A stretch of 64,000 nt of DNA from the human T2T-CHM13v2.0 reference genome, Homo sapiens, in the NCBI RefSeq assembly GCF_009914755.1, contig NC_060930.1, one strand, 5' to 3'. The position numbers were made by a program, and so were the translations under genes. Each line of letters starts with the position of its first letter. Position 1 is the stretch's first letter. This document shows, in pieces, positions 1 to 15,115 of this stretch. The notes beneath the pieces were generated by a model that made no database searches, was not told the origin of the DNA, and saw only the letters and a list, made by a program, of their open reading frames with translations.

Positions 1-103
1 TGACAGGCCCTGGTGTGTGATGTTCCCCTCCCTGGGCCCACATGTTCTCCTTGTTCAACTCCCACTTATGAGTGAGAACATGTGGAGTTTGGTTTTGTTC
101 CTG
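1..103 (-). mobile_element. L1PA-type LINE-1 3' UTR fragment (runs off the window start)
   Basis: ggtgtgtgatgttcccctccctg...caactcccacttatgagtgagaacatg is the reverse complement of the primate L1 3' end. Confidence 0.85.
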
Positions 104-122
104 CATACACAGCTGTTTTTAA

Positions 123-552
<430 letters not shown>

Positions 553-2410
553 TAACTTATGTTCATTACTCTATTTCACAACACTCAGGCAGGACTTCAG
601 CATAAATGCTAGCTAGAATCTAATAACATTGTTTTATTTTCACAAAATTTACATTCATATAATTATAGCTTAGCTTTTATTTAGAATAAAGGATAAAATT
701 TTTCAGTAGTGATAAATGTTCTACTGTAGTGATATCAAGTTTTCCTATTAAATATTTAAGTTAAAATAAGTCAATTAAAAATATTAAGAAAATAATATAC
801 GTAGCCAGAAATGACCCAATTCCCAAGGATGTATATGATCATCCCAAGGATGATTAAAGCCTGGGAAATGCCGCCTTGAGAATACCACACAAGTGTAGCC
901 TTTTACTCAAATTTTACAGATTTCCATTAAAAGTAATAGAAGAGAGAAGAGAAAGGGGGAAAAAAGGAGAAAGGAGAAGTAGAACATATAAAATTACTAA
1001 TTAGGGCCACTGATGGATTCTCACCAGGCATGCATGCCCTGCTTTCTTTGGCTCTGACAATATACAGGTCAATGTCTGTGATTCATGGACAACAGGCCTA
1101 AATTACAAATGCCTAAAAAGCTGTATACAAAGTTTCCAAGTTATAGTCTTGTTAAGAAAAAGAAAAGGATAAAAAAATAAAATCAGTGAATTTTAGAACC
1201 AAAAATGGTATACTATTGTTTCATAACCAAACAATAGTATATTATGCACACATATATCCTATAACTTTGATTTTATAAAGATGAAAAAACTCCTATATCA
1301 TCATTTTCTAAACTCTTAAATAAAGGAAATATAGCAATTGAAGCACTTTAACGCTGAACCTTTCTTTTCCCATAAATTACGCACAGACTCTGATTTGTGA
1401 CAAGACTACTTCCGTACCTCACAAAGCTTACAACCATACCTGAATGGTAAATTAAAAATCAAATGACAACAAAAACAAAAGTTATTTGGGTATTATAGAT
1501 GAAAGGACTCAAAACTTAAACAAAAAATTAGTAATTCAGGTGTGGCGGAGTGCTTCTTTTCAATTGGGGATTACTGATCTATTTAAAATCTAAGTATAGA
1601 AACTCAACATTTCTCTCAAGAAGAAATCATCTTTTGTGAAATAAACCTAAACAATCAGTAATCTCAGAACCATCTTTTTGCATATTAAAAATCGGCCATG
1701 ACCTCAAGTTGTAGAGAATGTTTTCATTTAGCTTGAACTTTCTTTACTTACAGAGTAAATCATTCAGATAAAAAAAAATCAAACAGCCCATTTTCTCATT
1801 TGTTTCTAAAAGAAACCAGAATCAGGACATTTTTATTAGATATAAAGTTTTTACTACTATATCACTGAAAAATAAAATTTCTATAGAACTCTCTGAAAAA
1901 TCTAAAACTTTAACTTCCAGCACCAAAGCGGATTTGTAATAATCATCATCCATAAGCAATATAGAACTCATCACCACTTCTACAATACTTACAGACTTAG
2001 AGGGTATTTCCCATCCTTTACATGTGTTGCCCCACCCTTCTCTCTCCAGGAAGGGAGTTCAACAGGATTTGGGGCAGGAGCAGAAGCAAGAAGCTGCCTC
2101 TGCCCCCAAGCTTCCTCAGTGGCAGGCTGTGGCCTGTCAGGCTGCACCATGTCCCTTCAGCCCCCAGCACCACTGCCTTCCAGGAATCCACAGGACTCTT
2201 CTGATTTCAAAGTTTTAAAGCCAGGGTGCAGCTGATTAGGAACTTCAATAGAATCCCCTAGTCCTTGGGAACAGTACAGATACTGTTTCCCACAGCTCCA
2301 TAAGTTGGAACCAACTCTCCCTGCTCACTACCTGTCTAAATCCAAACCATTCAGCAGATCCAAGCAGGCTGCATTTAAGGATATGAAACAGAAACAACCA
2401 ATTGTCTAAA

Positions 2411-2618
2411 ACTATGTTTTCCAACATTGTAGCCATTAGTCTGCATATGGCTATTTACATTTAAATTAATTAAAATTAAATGAAATTTAAAAATTCAGCT
2501 CCTCAGTTATGCTAATCACCGTTCAAGCATTCAAGAGCCATTTTTAGCTAGAAGCTACTAACCTGGACAAAGCAGATACAAAACATTTTCATTATCACAA
2601 TCTATTGGACAGTGTTGG
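2411..2618 (-). mobile_element. MER3 (hAT-Charlie) DNA transposon
   Basis: tggctatttacatttaaattaattaaaattaaa...ctattggacagtgttg resembles the MER3 consensus in reverse. Confidence 0.75.
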
Positions 2619-4648
2619 TCAAATATAAATTTGGTGTGTGTTTGTTTTTAACTAAAGGAGTAAACACCTAAAGCTAGGGGGTAATTACCTGGTGGCAGTA
2701 AGTTTCTGGTGAAAAAAGAAACATAATTGGTTAGCATGGACCCAAGTGGAAGCATTAAAATGAAAGGAGAGTCTAGAAAAGCAGGTAGTTTACTTAAAAG
2801 CAAATACTAATTCTTTGATTATTAAAAATGATCATAAAATCAAAAACTAAGTTATTTGCTACCTACTGAAGATTCATAATGTGCAAAACCATATGCAACA
2901 GAATAAAGGAAAAACAAGGACACAACCTTTACTCTTTGTAAATTAACATTCCTAAGGAGACAGGACACACAGACAGACTGACGTTATTCTTTCTGTGACT
3001 ATGTTTTTTCGGAGCATGAAGTGGGGGATGCCAAGATTTCAGTCTCTGTCTGAGGAGTACCACTGAGGCCAGGAAAAAGGACAGCCAAGGAATTGAGGTC
3101 TATTGTAAATCATTTCTGCAAAAGTATGGGGTTATGAGCTGTTATACAAGGCAGATACCTGAGCTCATACTTGGCCCAAAAGGATTTAAAAATCACCTCT
3201 AATAACAGCAAACACCAAACTCAGAGTGACCAGGGAAGTAACACAAGTTTCCTCACCATTTCAAAGGCAACTTCAAAAAGTGGTAAATATGATGGAGAAA
3301 GAATCATAAAATTCATTCATGAAACATTCACTGAGTGCTTAACTAATGTAACGATTCTGAATATGCCCATCAGAAAGAGCACCTCATCTCACAGCATACT
3401 CAAGTAAATAACAACTGGGGACCTGTTTTCTGCTGTGGCTTAAGTGAATACATGTGTGTGCATGTGTGCGTCTGTATGTGTGTGTTGTGGTGTTGCCTAT
3501 GTATGTAACAATCTTTACCGAAAGATTGAATTGGTCACATAAATCAAATAAAAGAAGATAATTTTTAGATTTGAGGACAATACTTAAAACGGCAACAACA
3601 CAGGAGGTTATTCTAGACTGTAGAGGACAACACAGGAAACCAAGAAGGTCCACTAGGCTGATAAAAAGACAGAATAAGAAATAAGGGTTGCTGTTGGATG
3701 ATGTAGAATAAGGCACATTGGAGCTGTTAAGTTTACATTTGACTTTGACATGAAGGATAATGGGATTAGTCACTAATTGTGACTTTACTGAAGTATGTGG
3801 ATATATATATATTTGATTGGAAGAGGAGAGACTAAAGGTGAATAAACTACTAGCAGCAGCTTAGAGTAGATTAATTCTGAAATAACTTATGTTGGACCAG
3901 GGTTTAGGCCACAGAGATGGACTGAGTACAAACTGCATTAGCTACATCAGTTTACAAGCATCTAGGAAAGGAAGGGTTATTAAATGTTTCCAAAGAACAT
4001 TAAATAAGAATTAGAAACTTTGGTTTTAACAATACTGTAGTTACTATGTATGAGCGGTAACTTTATTTGTAATGTTTTCCCCTTTATTGATTTTTAAAAT
4101 CATAAGACAATTAGATGCTTCTTGTAGGAATTTAAACAATATGTAAGTGGAGTATATAAAATAAAAAGAAAGAATTGCTCTTTCTCATCTCCAGTACCTC
4201 CTAATCCATTCTCTTGAGGGAACCATTACCATTAAAATTTGGTATTTGTTAAGATATTTTGATATTTTGGTAAAATATACATTATTAGTGTGTATATAGG
4301 ATCATAGTATTCCTATTGTTCACTATATATTCTTTTTACTTAACATTATATATAGCCATATTTTCAGTTTTCACCATGGCATGATAGTTCATGATCCTAA
4401 GGAACATTCTTTAGATTACTGTTCTAGCAGAACTGGTGCAGTCTTAGTTGATAAAACATCATCATTCAACTGCCTCATCCTAATTAAAGAACATATAGCA
4501 CTGCAATTACCATCTGTAACACAGCACTAAAATTTTCTTTTTAAAGTATCCTTTTTATTAGAGTCAAAATAACAGCTAATCTGAGGTTAAACACAGTGCT
4601 CCTAAATTTATTATCCACATATGAATTTTCTTATATAATATGACTTAC

Positions 4649-4795
4649 GACACTTGTAAAGCGGCATTTATTTCCTTGAGTAGCTCGTTAGTCTTATTAA
4701 AATCTGCCCGCATGATATTTTTCTCTCTGAGGTGGTCTGCTGTCATGACATCCAACTCTTTTTCAAGTCTCTTGTTTAAATCTTGTTCATGCAAC
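4649..4795 (-). CDS. FAM184A: FAM184A exon 14 (147 nt, phase 2-2): LHEQDLNKRLEKELDVM...INAALQV(S)
   Basis: A-rich acceptor ...aaatcaaacag|, donor TC|gtaagt; frame continues from exon 13. Confidence 0.9.
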
Positions 4796-5244
4796 CTGTT
4801 TGATTTATTTTTAGTTAAGAAAATGTTATTCTGAAGTCAAGCTTTCAAAACTTTCTATTATTCTACCAGATTTGAAATGGTTTTTGGTATAATATATAGA
4901 AAATTTATGTAAACAGCCTAAATTAAGCTACTTACTTTCTGCTATAAGCTTCTGGCTTTGTTAAAGTTGTCTCCTTTAATGCTTTTTCAAATAACATTTT
5001 AAAAAGAATTCAGTTAATTATATACAATTTCCAAAGTGAATGAATACATGTTACATCATTCAAGATATAAACATTTCATCTGTGTTCTAGATTATAACAT
5101 AGTCATCAAATAAAGTAAAAAGAGGTCTTCAATATTTTACTAGAGAGCCAGTCTAGTCACAAAATTAGCATAGATTACTAAATATCAGCACAACAGTTTT
5201 TCAGATGACACTGCATATTCCTTCTGTTGTACTTAATGGCATAC

Positions 5245-5429
5245 CTTATCTGTTGGTTAGATTCACTTCGTATTCTGAGAATTTCTTTCCCCTTAAATTC
5301 CAGTTCTTTGGTTAGGGCACTTATATTCTCATGAAGGTGCTGAACCTCCTTATCCAATTCAGAGATGTGATGCTCTCTGTGTCTTAATTCCTCTTGTAGA
5401 TCTGTAATTCTACATATGTGCTCCTTACT
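5245..5429 (-). CDS. FAM184A: FAM184A exon 13 (185 nt, phase 0-2): SKEHICRITDLQEEL...SESNQQI(R)
   Basis: Acceptor tttttttttttaacag|, donor AG|gtatgc. Confidence 0.93.
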
Positions 5430-5927
5430 CTGTTAAAAAAAAAAAGTCATTTTTAGAAGTTTTCTACATATTTGATTTCTGTGTTTATCTGCGGGAAAGA
5501 AAATGACACACTGGAATGTCAAATGTAATCATTCTGACATTGCTTCTTCAAAAGCAAACTGCTGAAATGAGAAAACCTCAAGGCCTGTTCTCTTTCCACA
5601 CATATAGTGTGTATATGGATATAGCTTCAATAATGTCAGATTACAAAGAACCCAAAAGGTCAAAGGACATCTCTCTCATTTTACAGATGAGGAAACCAAT
5701 ACCCAAAGATGATTTATAATCAGTGGATTAGTTGAGATTAGAACACAGTGCTCTTACATCCTCAGTAAGTTTTACATGATTTTGAAGAATAATTGTGGCA
5801 CCACTGCCTATAATCTAAAGAGAAAGTGCATCTAAGGAGGCCCTCCTAAAACACACACATCACATGGCTTACAAAGCAGACTTAGTTTAGTGCTGCTCTA
5901 GCAGTTATCTGACAGTTAAGCTCCCTT

Positions 5928-5994
5928 CTGTGATTGTGCCACTCCACTCCAGCCTCAGTGACAAAGCGAGACCCTGTCTCAAATAAATAAATAA
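5928..5994 (+). mobile_element. 5'-truncated Alu 3' end with (TAAA)n tail
   Basis: gattgtgccactccactccagcc...gagaccctgtctcaaataaataaataa. Confidence 0.85.
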
Positions 5995-6137
5995 CTGAAT
6001 CAAATAAAGCTCTTCAATATAAATAGAATGTGATAACTAGTGAAAATAAGTTATTACAAAATAATTTTCAGGAAATTATGAACATTCAATCTATTCAAAT
6101 TTAAGAAATCATCAGAGTACAGAATACTCTTACTTAC

Positions 6138-6265
6138 CTGTCTTCTGCTGATGTCTATGCTTCTCTCTAATTCCATTTTAGCAGCTGCCAATTCTTGATG
6201 ATGATTATGCCGTAACAAATCAATTGCAGCTGCATGTTGATGGTTGAGTTCTGAGCGCAAGGAAG
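6138..6265 (-). CDS. FAM184A: FAM184A exon 12 (128 nt, phase 1-0): (A)SLRSELNHQHAAAIDLL...IDISRRQ
   Basis: Within ORF 6054-6299; acceptor caattccag|, donor CAG|gtaagt. Confidence 0.93.
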
Positions 6266-6601
6266 CTGGAATTGCAAGGCAAAAATACATTTGGCACATT
6301 TAAAAAATATTATCAATACTTTAGATAAAAATTATAGAAGTAAAAAATTATTTCAAAAATTAGAACACTTGTGTATGTCCATTAAATTAATAGATTATAA
6401 ACTATGACAAATTTAAATATTACAGACTACAATATACTATCATGAATTTAAAGTTAATGTAGCTTTGATGAGGATATAAAATATTTCAAATGTTTAAGCG
6501 GATCAAGGTATTTTTATACATGCTTTCAGTATGCAGGTAAAGTGCTAATGGAGATGAAGTATTTTTAATTCGTCTCTTTCACTATTAGGATAATAAAATT
6601 T

Positions 6602-6904
<303 letters not shown>

Positions 6905-7016
6905 TTAGAGTTTAATGGTACCATAACAAATATTTAGGAGGCAACTTCTCACCCAAATAAGAATTCTTCAAAAATATCCCTAAAGGAGCCTGGCTGGTCA
7001 ATGTTCTCATGATATT

Positions 7017-8137
7017 GAAAAATGTTCAATATCATGAGCCACTAGGAAAATGCAAATTAAAACCAGAATGAGTTATCACACATTCCTATCAGAAAGGATG
7101 AAATATAATGACAACATCAAATGTTGGTGAGGATGTGAGCAAAATTTATATGATGCTAGTAGGGATGGAAAATGGTACAATCACTCTAGAAAATGTTTGG
7201 CAGTTTGTTACAAAACTACATATGCAGCTGCCATATGACCCAGCAACCGCACTCCTAGGCACTTATCCCAGAGAAATGAAACTTATGTTTATATGAAATT
7301 TGTACGTGAATGTTTATAGCAGCTTTATTTGTAACAGCTAAGAACTAAAAGCTCAGGTGATCTTTAACGGGCAAAGGACAACAAACTACGGTGGATCAAA
7401 ACCACTGAATACTACTTGGCAATAAAAAGAAACAAACTGTTGATACACACAATAACCTAGATGACTTCAGATAATTATGCCGAGTGAAAAAAGGCCAACC
7501 TCTACATGTTAAATATTGTTGGGTGTGGTGGTTCACACCTGTAATCCCAGCACTTTGGGAGGCCGAGACCCGTAGATCACTTGAGGCCTGGAGTTTGAGA
7601 CCAGCTTGGGCAACATGGTGAAACCCTGCCTACAAAAATTACAAAAATTAGCTGGGTGTGGCAGCACACACTTATAGTCCCAGCTACTTAGGAGGCTGAG
7701 GCAGGAGGATTGCTTGAACCCGGGAGGTGGAGGTTGCAGTGAGCTGATAGCACACCACTGCATTCTTAACCTGGGCAACAGAGTGAGACCCTATCCCTTC
7801 TCCCCAAAAAGGTTAAATATTGTATGATTTCATTTATAAAATTAGAGCATTCTTAACCTGACAAAATCATAGAAATGAACAGGGTAATGGTTGCCAGGTG
7901 TTATAGGAGGGGAGGACTGGGAATATAGGTGTGGCAATAAATGAACAACATGAGTCATCTTCATGGTAATGGGAATGTTCTGAATCTTGACAGAATCTTC
8001 GTCATTGTACTGGTTGTGATACTGTACCATAGTTCTGCAAGATGTTACCACTGGAGGAACTAGTTAAAGAGATCTCTGTAGTATTTCTTAAAACTGCATG
8101 TGAATCTACAATTATTTCAAAATAAAAGTTTTTTTAA
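7017..8137 (+). mobile_element. L1MC-type LINE-1 3' fragment, interrupted by an AluJ at 7518-7810 (TSD gttaaatatt)
   Basis: aaatgcaaattaaaacca (ORF2 end) and 3' UTR ending aactgcatgtgaatctacaattatttcaaaataaaa. Confidence 0.8.
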
Positions 8138-8173
8138 AGACCCAAAACTCTTTTTGTCAACAAAGACATATTT

Positions 8174-8479
<306 letters not shown>

Positions 8480-9581
8480 AACAAAGACATATTTGAATCA
8501 TGTTTAGTGGAGCATGTTTCAATGGACTAAACAACAATAGTTCCAACACTGGGACTGTTTTTGCCTGCCCTGACAAAGCTGTGGAATGTGTATTCCCTTT
8601 TGGCCACATTTCTATAAAGGCGACCTCTACATTTCACTACAATTCCTGTGCAAAGACAGGGCAGTAGTTCATTTTTTAATTCTCCTTGCTCAGCAATCTC
8701 TAGCACATGAAAAGGCTTTTCACAAATCTTTGACAAATGTCTAAATTTAATCTGATTTTCATGCTAGCAGTCATAGTGGGTTTTAAAGGAGGAAGAGGAG
8801 AGCTTTAACGACTTGGTCTGGGACTCCCAGCAACATTATCGATGAGAAACAGGGTCAGACGGCTTTCCCTTTGAGGCCCAAAATATTGATAACACTTCAG
8901 TCTTCTTTGCTCCAAATTCCTACTTGGAAAGAGTGTGCCACTGAAGTATGACAACATGTTAAAAATATTAGCATAATTTGGAATAAAGCCAAACAGAAGG
9001 AAAATGAGATGGTAAGAATAAAAAGTTATTGAATGACATAAAAAACAAAACCCAAAACAAATCTTTAAATACATATCCAGTTTTTCTTCAAAACTCAACC
9101 TACCTCCTTATAAAAAGTAATGATGTGAACACCTCATAGGTAGAAATCTCAAAGAAATATATACCTCAACAGAAGAGTCAGACCTAATACTGACTTTTCC
9201 CATTAAAACAAAATCTTGAAGTGTAAAAAACCATATGACCATGCAGTCTAAGGACATGTGGCTCCATGTCCTTTCTACTGAGCAGTGATTGATTTCTGGG
9301 ACACCTCAATGTCCTGAGTCCACTTAGTCCAAAAAGGACAGATTAGAGTACCAGTGGTGTTGCTTGCATAGCTGGAGTACAGAGAGAGCTGAGGGGAATT
9401 CACTTTACTGTTTGTGTCCTGCCTATTCATGTGGTAACTTCAAATAAAATATGCAGTACACTTAGATATTCATTTTGACGTTTCAAAATTTTAAAATAAA
9501 ACTTGGTGATTTTATGTTGAATTTAAAAAATGTTAAAAATGTACATATGAATATGACAAGATTGTAATCTTTTCAAAATAC

Positions 9582-9735
9582 CAAGCATAGCCTTTCCTTC
9601 ATCTTCTAATTCAAACCGAAGAGTCTGAAGTTCCTGTTCCATTTCTATCCGGAAGCCCTCCATTGACTCTCTGTGTGCATCTTTTAGTGATTGAAGCTCT
9701 GCAGAATGCTTCTGTTGTAAATGATTTTCAAGAGC
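9582..9735 (-). CDS. FAM184A: FAM184A exon 11 (154 nt, phase 0-1): ALENHLQQKHSAELQSLK...EDEGKAML
   Basis: Acceptor gtcttgttctag|, donor G|gtattt. Confidence 0.92.
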
Positions 9736-9977
9736 CTAGAACAAGACAAATTCAAATTATTATGCTAGAATATAGGAAGGAAAATGCAAACAAAATAGAA
9801 AACAGTTACTAAAACTCAGTTATTATTTAAGAAATACAAAATGTTTTAGGTTCATTTTCAAGAAAACTAGACATAAGATAATCAACATTAGAAAAAATAA
9901 TTAGGGTCATTTCAGTAGAATAAAGAAATCATCATGAAACCAATTTGATTCAATGTATTTTGTCTATATATTGAACA

Positions 9978-10282
9978 GGCTGGGCACAGTGGCTCACCCT
10001 TGTAATCCCAGCAGTTTGGGAGGACAAGGTGGAAGGATTGCTTGAGCCCCAGAATTCAAGACCAGCCTGGGCAACATAGCGAGACCCTGTTTCTACAAAA
10101 AAAAAAAAATTAAAAAATTAGCCAGGCATGGTGGTGTGCGCCTATAGTCCCAGCTATTCAGGAGGCTGAGGTGGAAAAATCACGAGTCTAGGAAGTCGAG
10201 ACTGCAGTGAGCCATGATTGTGCTGCTGCACCTCAGCCTGGGTGACAGAGTGAGACCCTGTCTCAAAAAATAGAAAAAAAAA
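9978..10282 (+). mobile_element. AluJ in intron 10
   Basis: Dimer with J-type gattgcttgagccc motif. Confidence 0.9.
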
Positions 10283-10354
10283 TTTTTTTAATTTGAAGAC
10301 TAATTATTATTAGGCAGTTGGGTTACATTTGAACGTATGTCACATAAAACTTAC

Positions 10355-10567
10355 TCTTTGCTCCTTTTCCTTTTCCTCTTCCATAGTTTGAAATGCAAGG
10401 ACATGTGCTTCTTTTAATGATTTGTGTCTTTGCTGATGTTGCTCCTCTAATTCTTCAAGCTCTTGCGTAAGCCGCTGTCGTTCTTGCGTAAACTGGGCTT
10501 GCAGTTGTTGCAAAGAAGTCTGAGACTGGGAAAGCTGTATCTCCAGATTCTGTTTCAGCAAGGAAAT
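10355..10567 (-). CDS. FAM184A: FAM184A exon 10 (213 nt, phase 0-0): ISLLKQNLEIQLSQ...EEEKEKEQR
   Basis: Overlaps ORF 10340-10561; acceptor ...ggcatag|, donor AGA|gtaagt. Confidence 0.93.
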
Positions 10568-13500
10568 CTATGCCCCAGAATGGTACACAATGAAGAATAA
10601 ATACAAGGCATAGTTCACAAACTACCCAGCAAAGGGGGAAAAGCATTTCAAAGATATTAATGATAGTAAAATAACTGCCTTAATGTTTCCATTTAAAATA
10701 TTCTAAAATATATCATAAAAATAACCATTTAATATCACCATTTAAAATTCCACTTTCTGTAATTATTCTGAAAATAGTTTAGTTATATTGTTTATAGACT
10801 GTCTAAAGAACACTGCAGCCCACATTTAGAATACAATGAATATCTGTCTTAAGTTTCAATAAAAATTCATAATATGAAATAAAAACAGAAGACAACTAAC
10901 ATATTCATTAGGTTATAGTCACTTTGAGGAAAGAGTATGTTAAACCACTTATTTGTAAAGTAGTAAAGTGAAATAGGAGTGTGAGCTCTGAGTTAAAATC
11001 CTAGCTCTGTCACTTGTTAGTATCAACACCTCACCAGGCTATGTTACTACATATAGCTCACTTTGAACAGACTCTGGCATGTACTAAGCATTCAACAAAT
11101 ATTAGCTAAGATTATTTGAGAATTAAAAACCTACTGTTTAAAAGATACATCAGTTTATAATTTAGAATCATCATGTAAATTTTTATTTTTCATTTAACTC
11201 AAAGTTATTGAAAACCTTTAAGTTTCTAAAATGTCTCAAACGTCCCACAATCTTTTATTCAGCCATTATAATAATGTCAGGTGCTTTTCTTTCACTATGG
11301 AAAACTGATTTGTCACTCCTTTTGAAAACAGACATCAGCCTCAGTATGTCTGTATCACTTCTAGATGTCTTAATATACTTAAAATTAAGTATTTTGGGAA
11401 GAATAAAAACATAAAACAGGTATATGTATGTATTATATACGTTCATATATGCATTTGATAAAACCATTTAATTGACCTATTTCTATTCTCATACACAGGA
11501 TATTGTAACTTGAAACTACGTATCTGTATTCTAAAAGAAGTCTAAATCTAAGAGGAACTTAGGAGAACCAGATACAAAGTTGTAAAATGTGTTCCATAAG
11601 CAACTTAAAACACTCTATGCTTTTATATACTGGTAAAACAGTTTCTGCGGCCAAAAAAGCCAATGAAAAGAGGAAACTTTAAAGTGAGTTTTTGTAAATG
11701 GGAAAATACTCTCTTTTAATTGATGGAAGGCAGACATAAGTTGCCTCACATGCGTCACAAAGAAAGGTACCTGGGAAAGAAAGAGAAAAGGCGGGGAATC
11801 ACTAGACATGCAAGAGAAGAACGGAGGAAAGAATCATTAATTGGAAAAAGAAAAGGTCGAAAGCAAGCCACCATATCCCTTTAAAAAGCAGCAGGAACAG
11901 TCACAGACTGTAGTGAGCTTAGGGTGATGATTAGCCTTCCAGAAGGGTTCTGGACAAAGTTATCAATCAGAGTTAGTTATAAAGGTTAGCATATGGCTTT
12001 ATGGAAACAGTCAAGCACTGGTGAGAAATCGTATGAACAATCTAGGTGTAATCTGTTTTAATGTATTTCCGAATAAGTGACTCCACCTGTTCAAACTTTA
12101 TGAATTCTGCTTATTAATTTCTACAAAAACCTAAGGTTTCAGAGGTTATTTTAAAGTTTTGGAGCCAAGGTGGAACTGCAACCCTCTGATACCAAATATC
12201 ACAACTCCTTATACCTCTAAATGGCAGCAGCACCCACGACTTACAGACTGAAATAAATCCTGCAAATGTGAGAATGTGATATGCGCATAAGAATCTCACA
12301 GCCACAGCTAAGGCCATACTTGTGGAATATGATAAATTATACCACATGACTTCTCACCATTTTATGCAATGAAAATCAGGATAAAACGAATATTGAAGAC
12401 AACCTAGAAAGAAAAAATAAACCACAAAAGGGTAACAAGAACAAAAATAGACATTTGTGAACACTGATTTGTAACCGGTAGAGCCGTTCTCTTCCCAGCA
12501 AGTTGGTTCTTGAAATAGAGAAAGCACCTACCCGCTCTCTTTGGAAGTTCAACCCTAGTCCCAGCCTAAGCATGGGGACCCATGGGACTGCCTTTTTTGT
12601 TTCTGAGGATAACTTGTTGAAATGTATACGGGAAAGCTGGAAAGGGTGTGTCACATGCAGAATAACAATATTCTCAAAGCTATTACTTGGCACCTGACCA
12701 AGTGGGGATTAAAGTCTACCCAGCATTCTGCTCACCAAGCTGTCTGCCCTGGTACAGATCTGTGTCCATCCAAAAAGAATGGACATGTTTTTCTGCTTTG
12801 CACAAAGGTGCCATATAGGCTAGCAGTGGCCCTGGATCCCATCCTCAAATTTAGTGTGTACTTCAATTAGTAGGAAACCAATCAGCTCACAGTGGTGTTT
12901 CTTATTTTCTGCAATACCTACTTCAAAATTTGCTGAATCGACAGACCTCTCATACGTTAATTTGACTCACGTTTGACCTATTAACAGATGAAACTTATGA
13001 AGAAATGCAATATTTAAAGTGAATGACTGGAAGTACCACAGTGCATAATAGTTACATATTTAAAATCTACAGAGTTTTAAATTTCTCCAGCTAAAATAAA
13101 ATACACTTAAATATTTTACATTGTAATATACTTTACCTTGAAAGAACTCCAAAATAGTACTTTCCATCTTAGGATATGTGATTAATCTTTGTATCTACAC
13201 TCAAGAAAATAATATAAACTATGTGCAGAAAGATATGATCATGCAATTTAGTGTTCAAACATACTTAGATATTTTGTATTCTTAACTTTGAAAGCACATC
13301 AAAATAATATTAAGGCCATCGAAAATCTTTGAATTCATGCTCAAGACAGTAATGTGAATTATATGCAGAAAGCCTTAATCATGCAATGCAATATCAAAAT
13401 TTATTTTGTTCTTTTTAAAAACAAGTTAGCAGAATTGCAATAAATAGCTTTTATTCAGCATGAAAAGTACATGGCACTTTAAAAGACAATGAGCAAAGTA

Positions 13501-14083
13501 ATGTAAAGTGAATTAATTTTTATAGCTATAATTTAAACAGCTGAGTTTAATATAATCAATAGAAATACATATTAATGTAAAACTTTAACTCAAAAGATAA
13601 AAAACCTCTGCTTTAAAAGGTTTAGGCAATTTTGGTAAGTATTTTTATTACAGAATTATAGAATATCTAGAAAGGCTTGTGTTGAATAAAGAATGAGAAC
13701 AAGTAGTTGCTTCAAACTATATATTATATTCAAATTATGTAGTGCACGGTATTAGTTTCTATACATTCGTTAAAATTTAAAAAATTCTATTTCTTATTTT
13801 GTTTAAATAAACCAAAATATTTTATTTCAGAAAATAATTTAATCTTTAGTTTTTAAATTCTTAGCATAGCAATTTAGATATGAAATATATTCTACTGGTT
13901 GATAGGTGCCAGACATTTTAGAGACAATTTTAAAGGTCAAACTGCACTGATAGTAATTGCCACCTCCTGTCTCTACCATTTAAAAAATGATTGTCTTTTT
14001 GAAAATAAAGTTTTACAGTCTTTTTGAAAATGGAATATTAAAGTTTTATAAAAATTTCAAAAAGAAAAAATTAAAAATATATG

Positions 14084-14472
<389 letters not shown>

Positions 14473-14694
14473 TGGCTCACTGCAGCCTCAACCACCTGGG
14501 CTCAAGTGATTCTCCCACCTCAGCCTCCTAAGTAGCTGGGACCGCAGACATGCACCAACTGATTTTATATTATTTCTAGAGATGAGGTATCACTCCACTG
14601 CCCAGGCTGGTCTTGAACTCCTGGGCTCAAGCGATCCTCCTGCCTCAGTGTCTAAAAGTGCTGGGATTACAGGCATGAGCCACTGTGCCCAGCC
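14473..14694 (-). mobile_element. AluJ, 3'-truncated and internally deleted
   Basis: Begins mid right arm (tggctcactgcagcctc), no T tail. Confidence 0.9.
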
Positions 14695-14989
14695 TACTTT
14701 TTACAGACCAGTTTCACAAAGACTCTGTACCTCTATAATGGTGTTTGTGGAAGAACTCTCTCAAAACAAAAAGTGAAACATCAAATCTGAGGTACTGGGT
14801 ATGACAGAATGTCAATATGAGACATGTCATTAATTATCTACATCTTACCTACAACCTTTGGTTTTTGATGCAATATCGGTGTTTTTTCTTCAAAAACCAT
14901 TGAGCCTTGTTACAAAAGTGAAAGAATACAGAAAGTATACAAATGATGTGTTCTCCAAATAAAGCATGTCTTGAGATAGTAAACGTAAT

Positions 14990-15115
14990 CTGTGATTCTC
15001 AAACCTGGCTGTGTATCAGAATCATCTCTGCAGATTTTCATAAAGACAGTTGCCTGTGCCCTGATCCCTTGAGATTCTGATTTAGCAGGTCTGGAATTGG
15101 GCCCAGGCTGCCTAA
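14990..15115. mobile_element. MER5-type (hAT-Charlie) fragment
   Basis: gtgattctcaaacctggctg...gagattctgatttagcaggtctgg. Confidence 0.6.

Noticed and set aside
11880-14080. Repeat-free stretch ending in AATAAA/ATTAAA and an A-rich run, resembling a retrocopied 3' UTR
   Set aside because: No convincing TSD, coding remnant or recognisable parent; the A-rich run is also the neighbouring Alu's insertion site. A BLAT hit to another gene's 3' UTR would reopen it.
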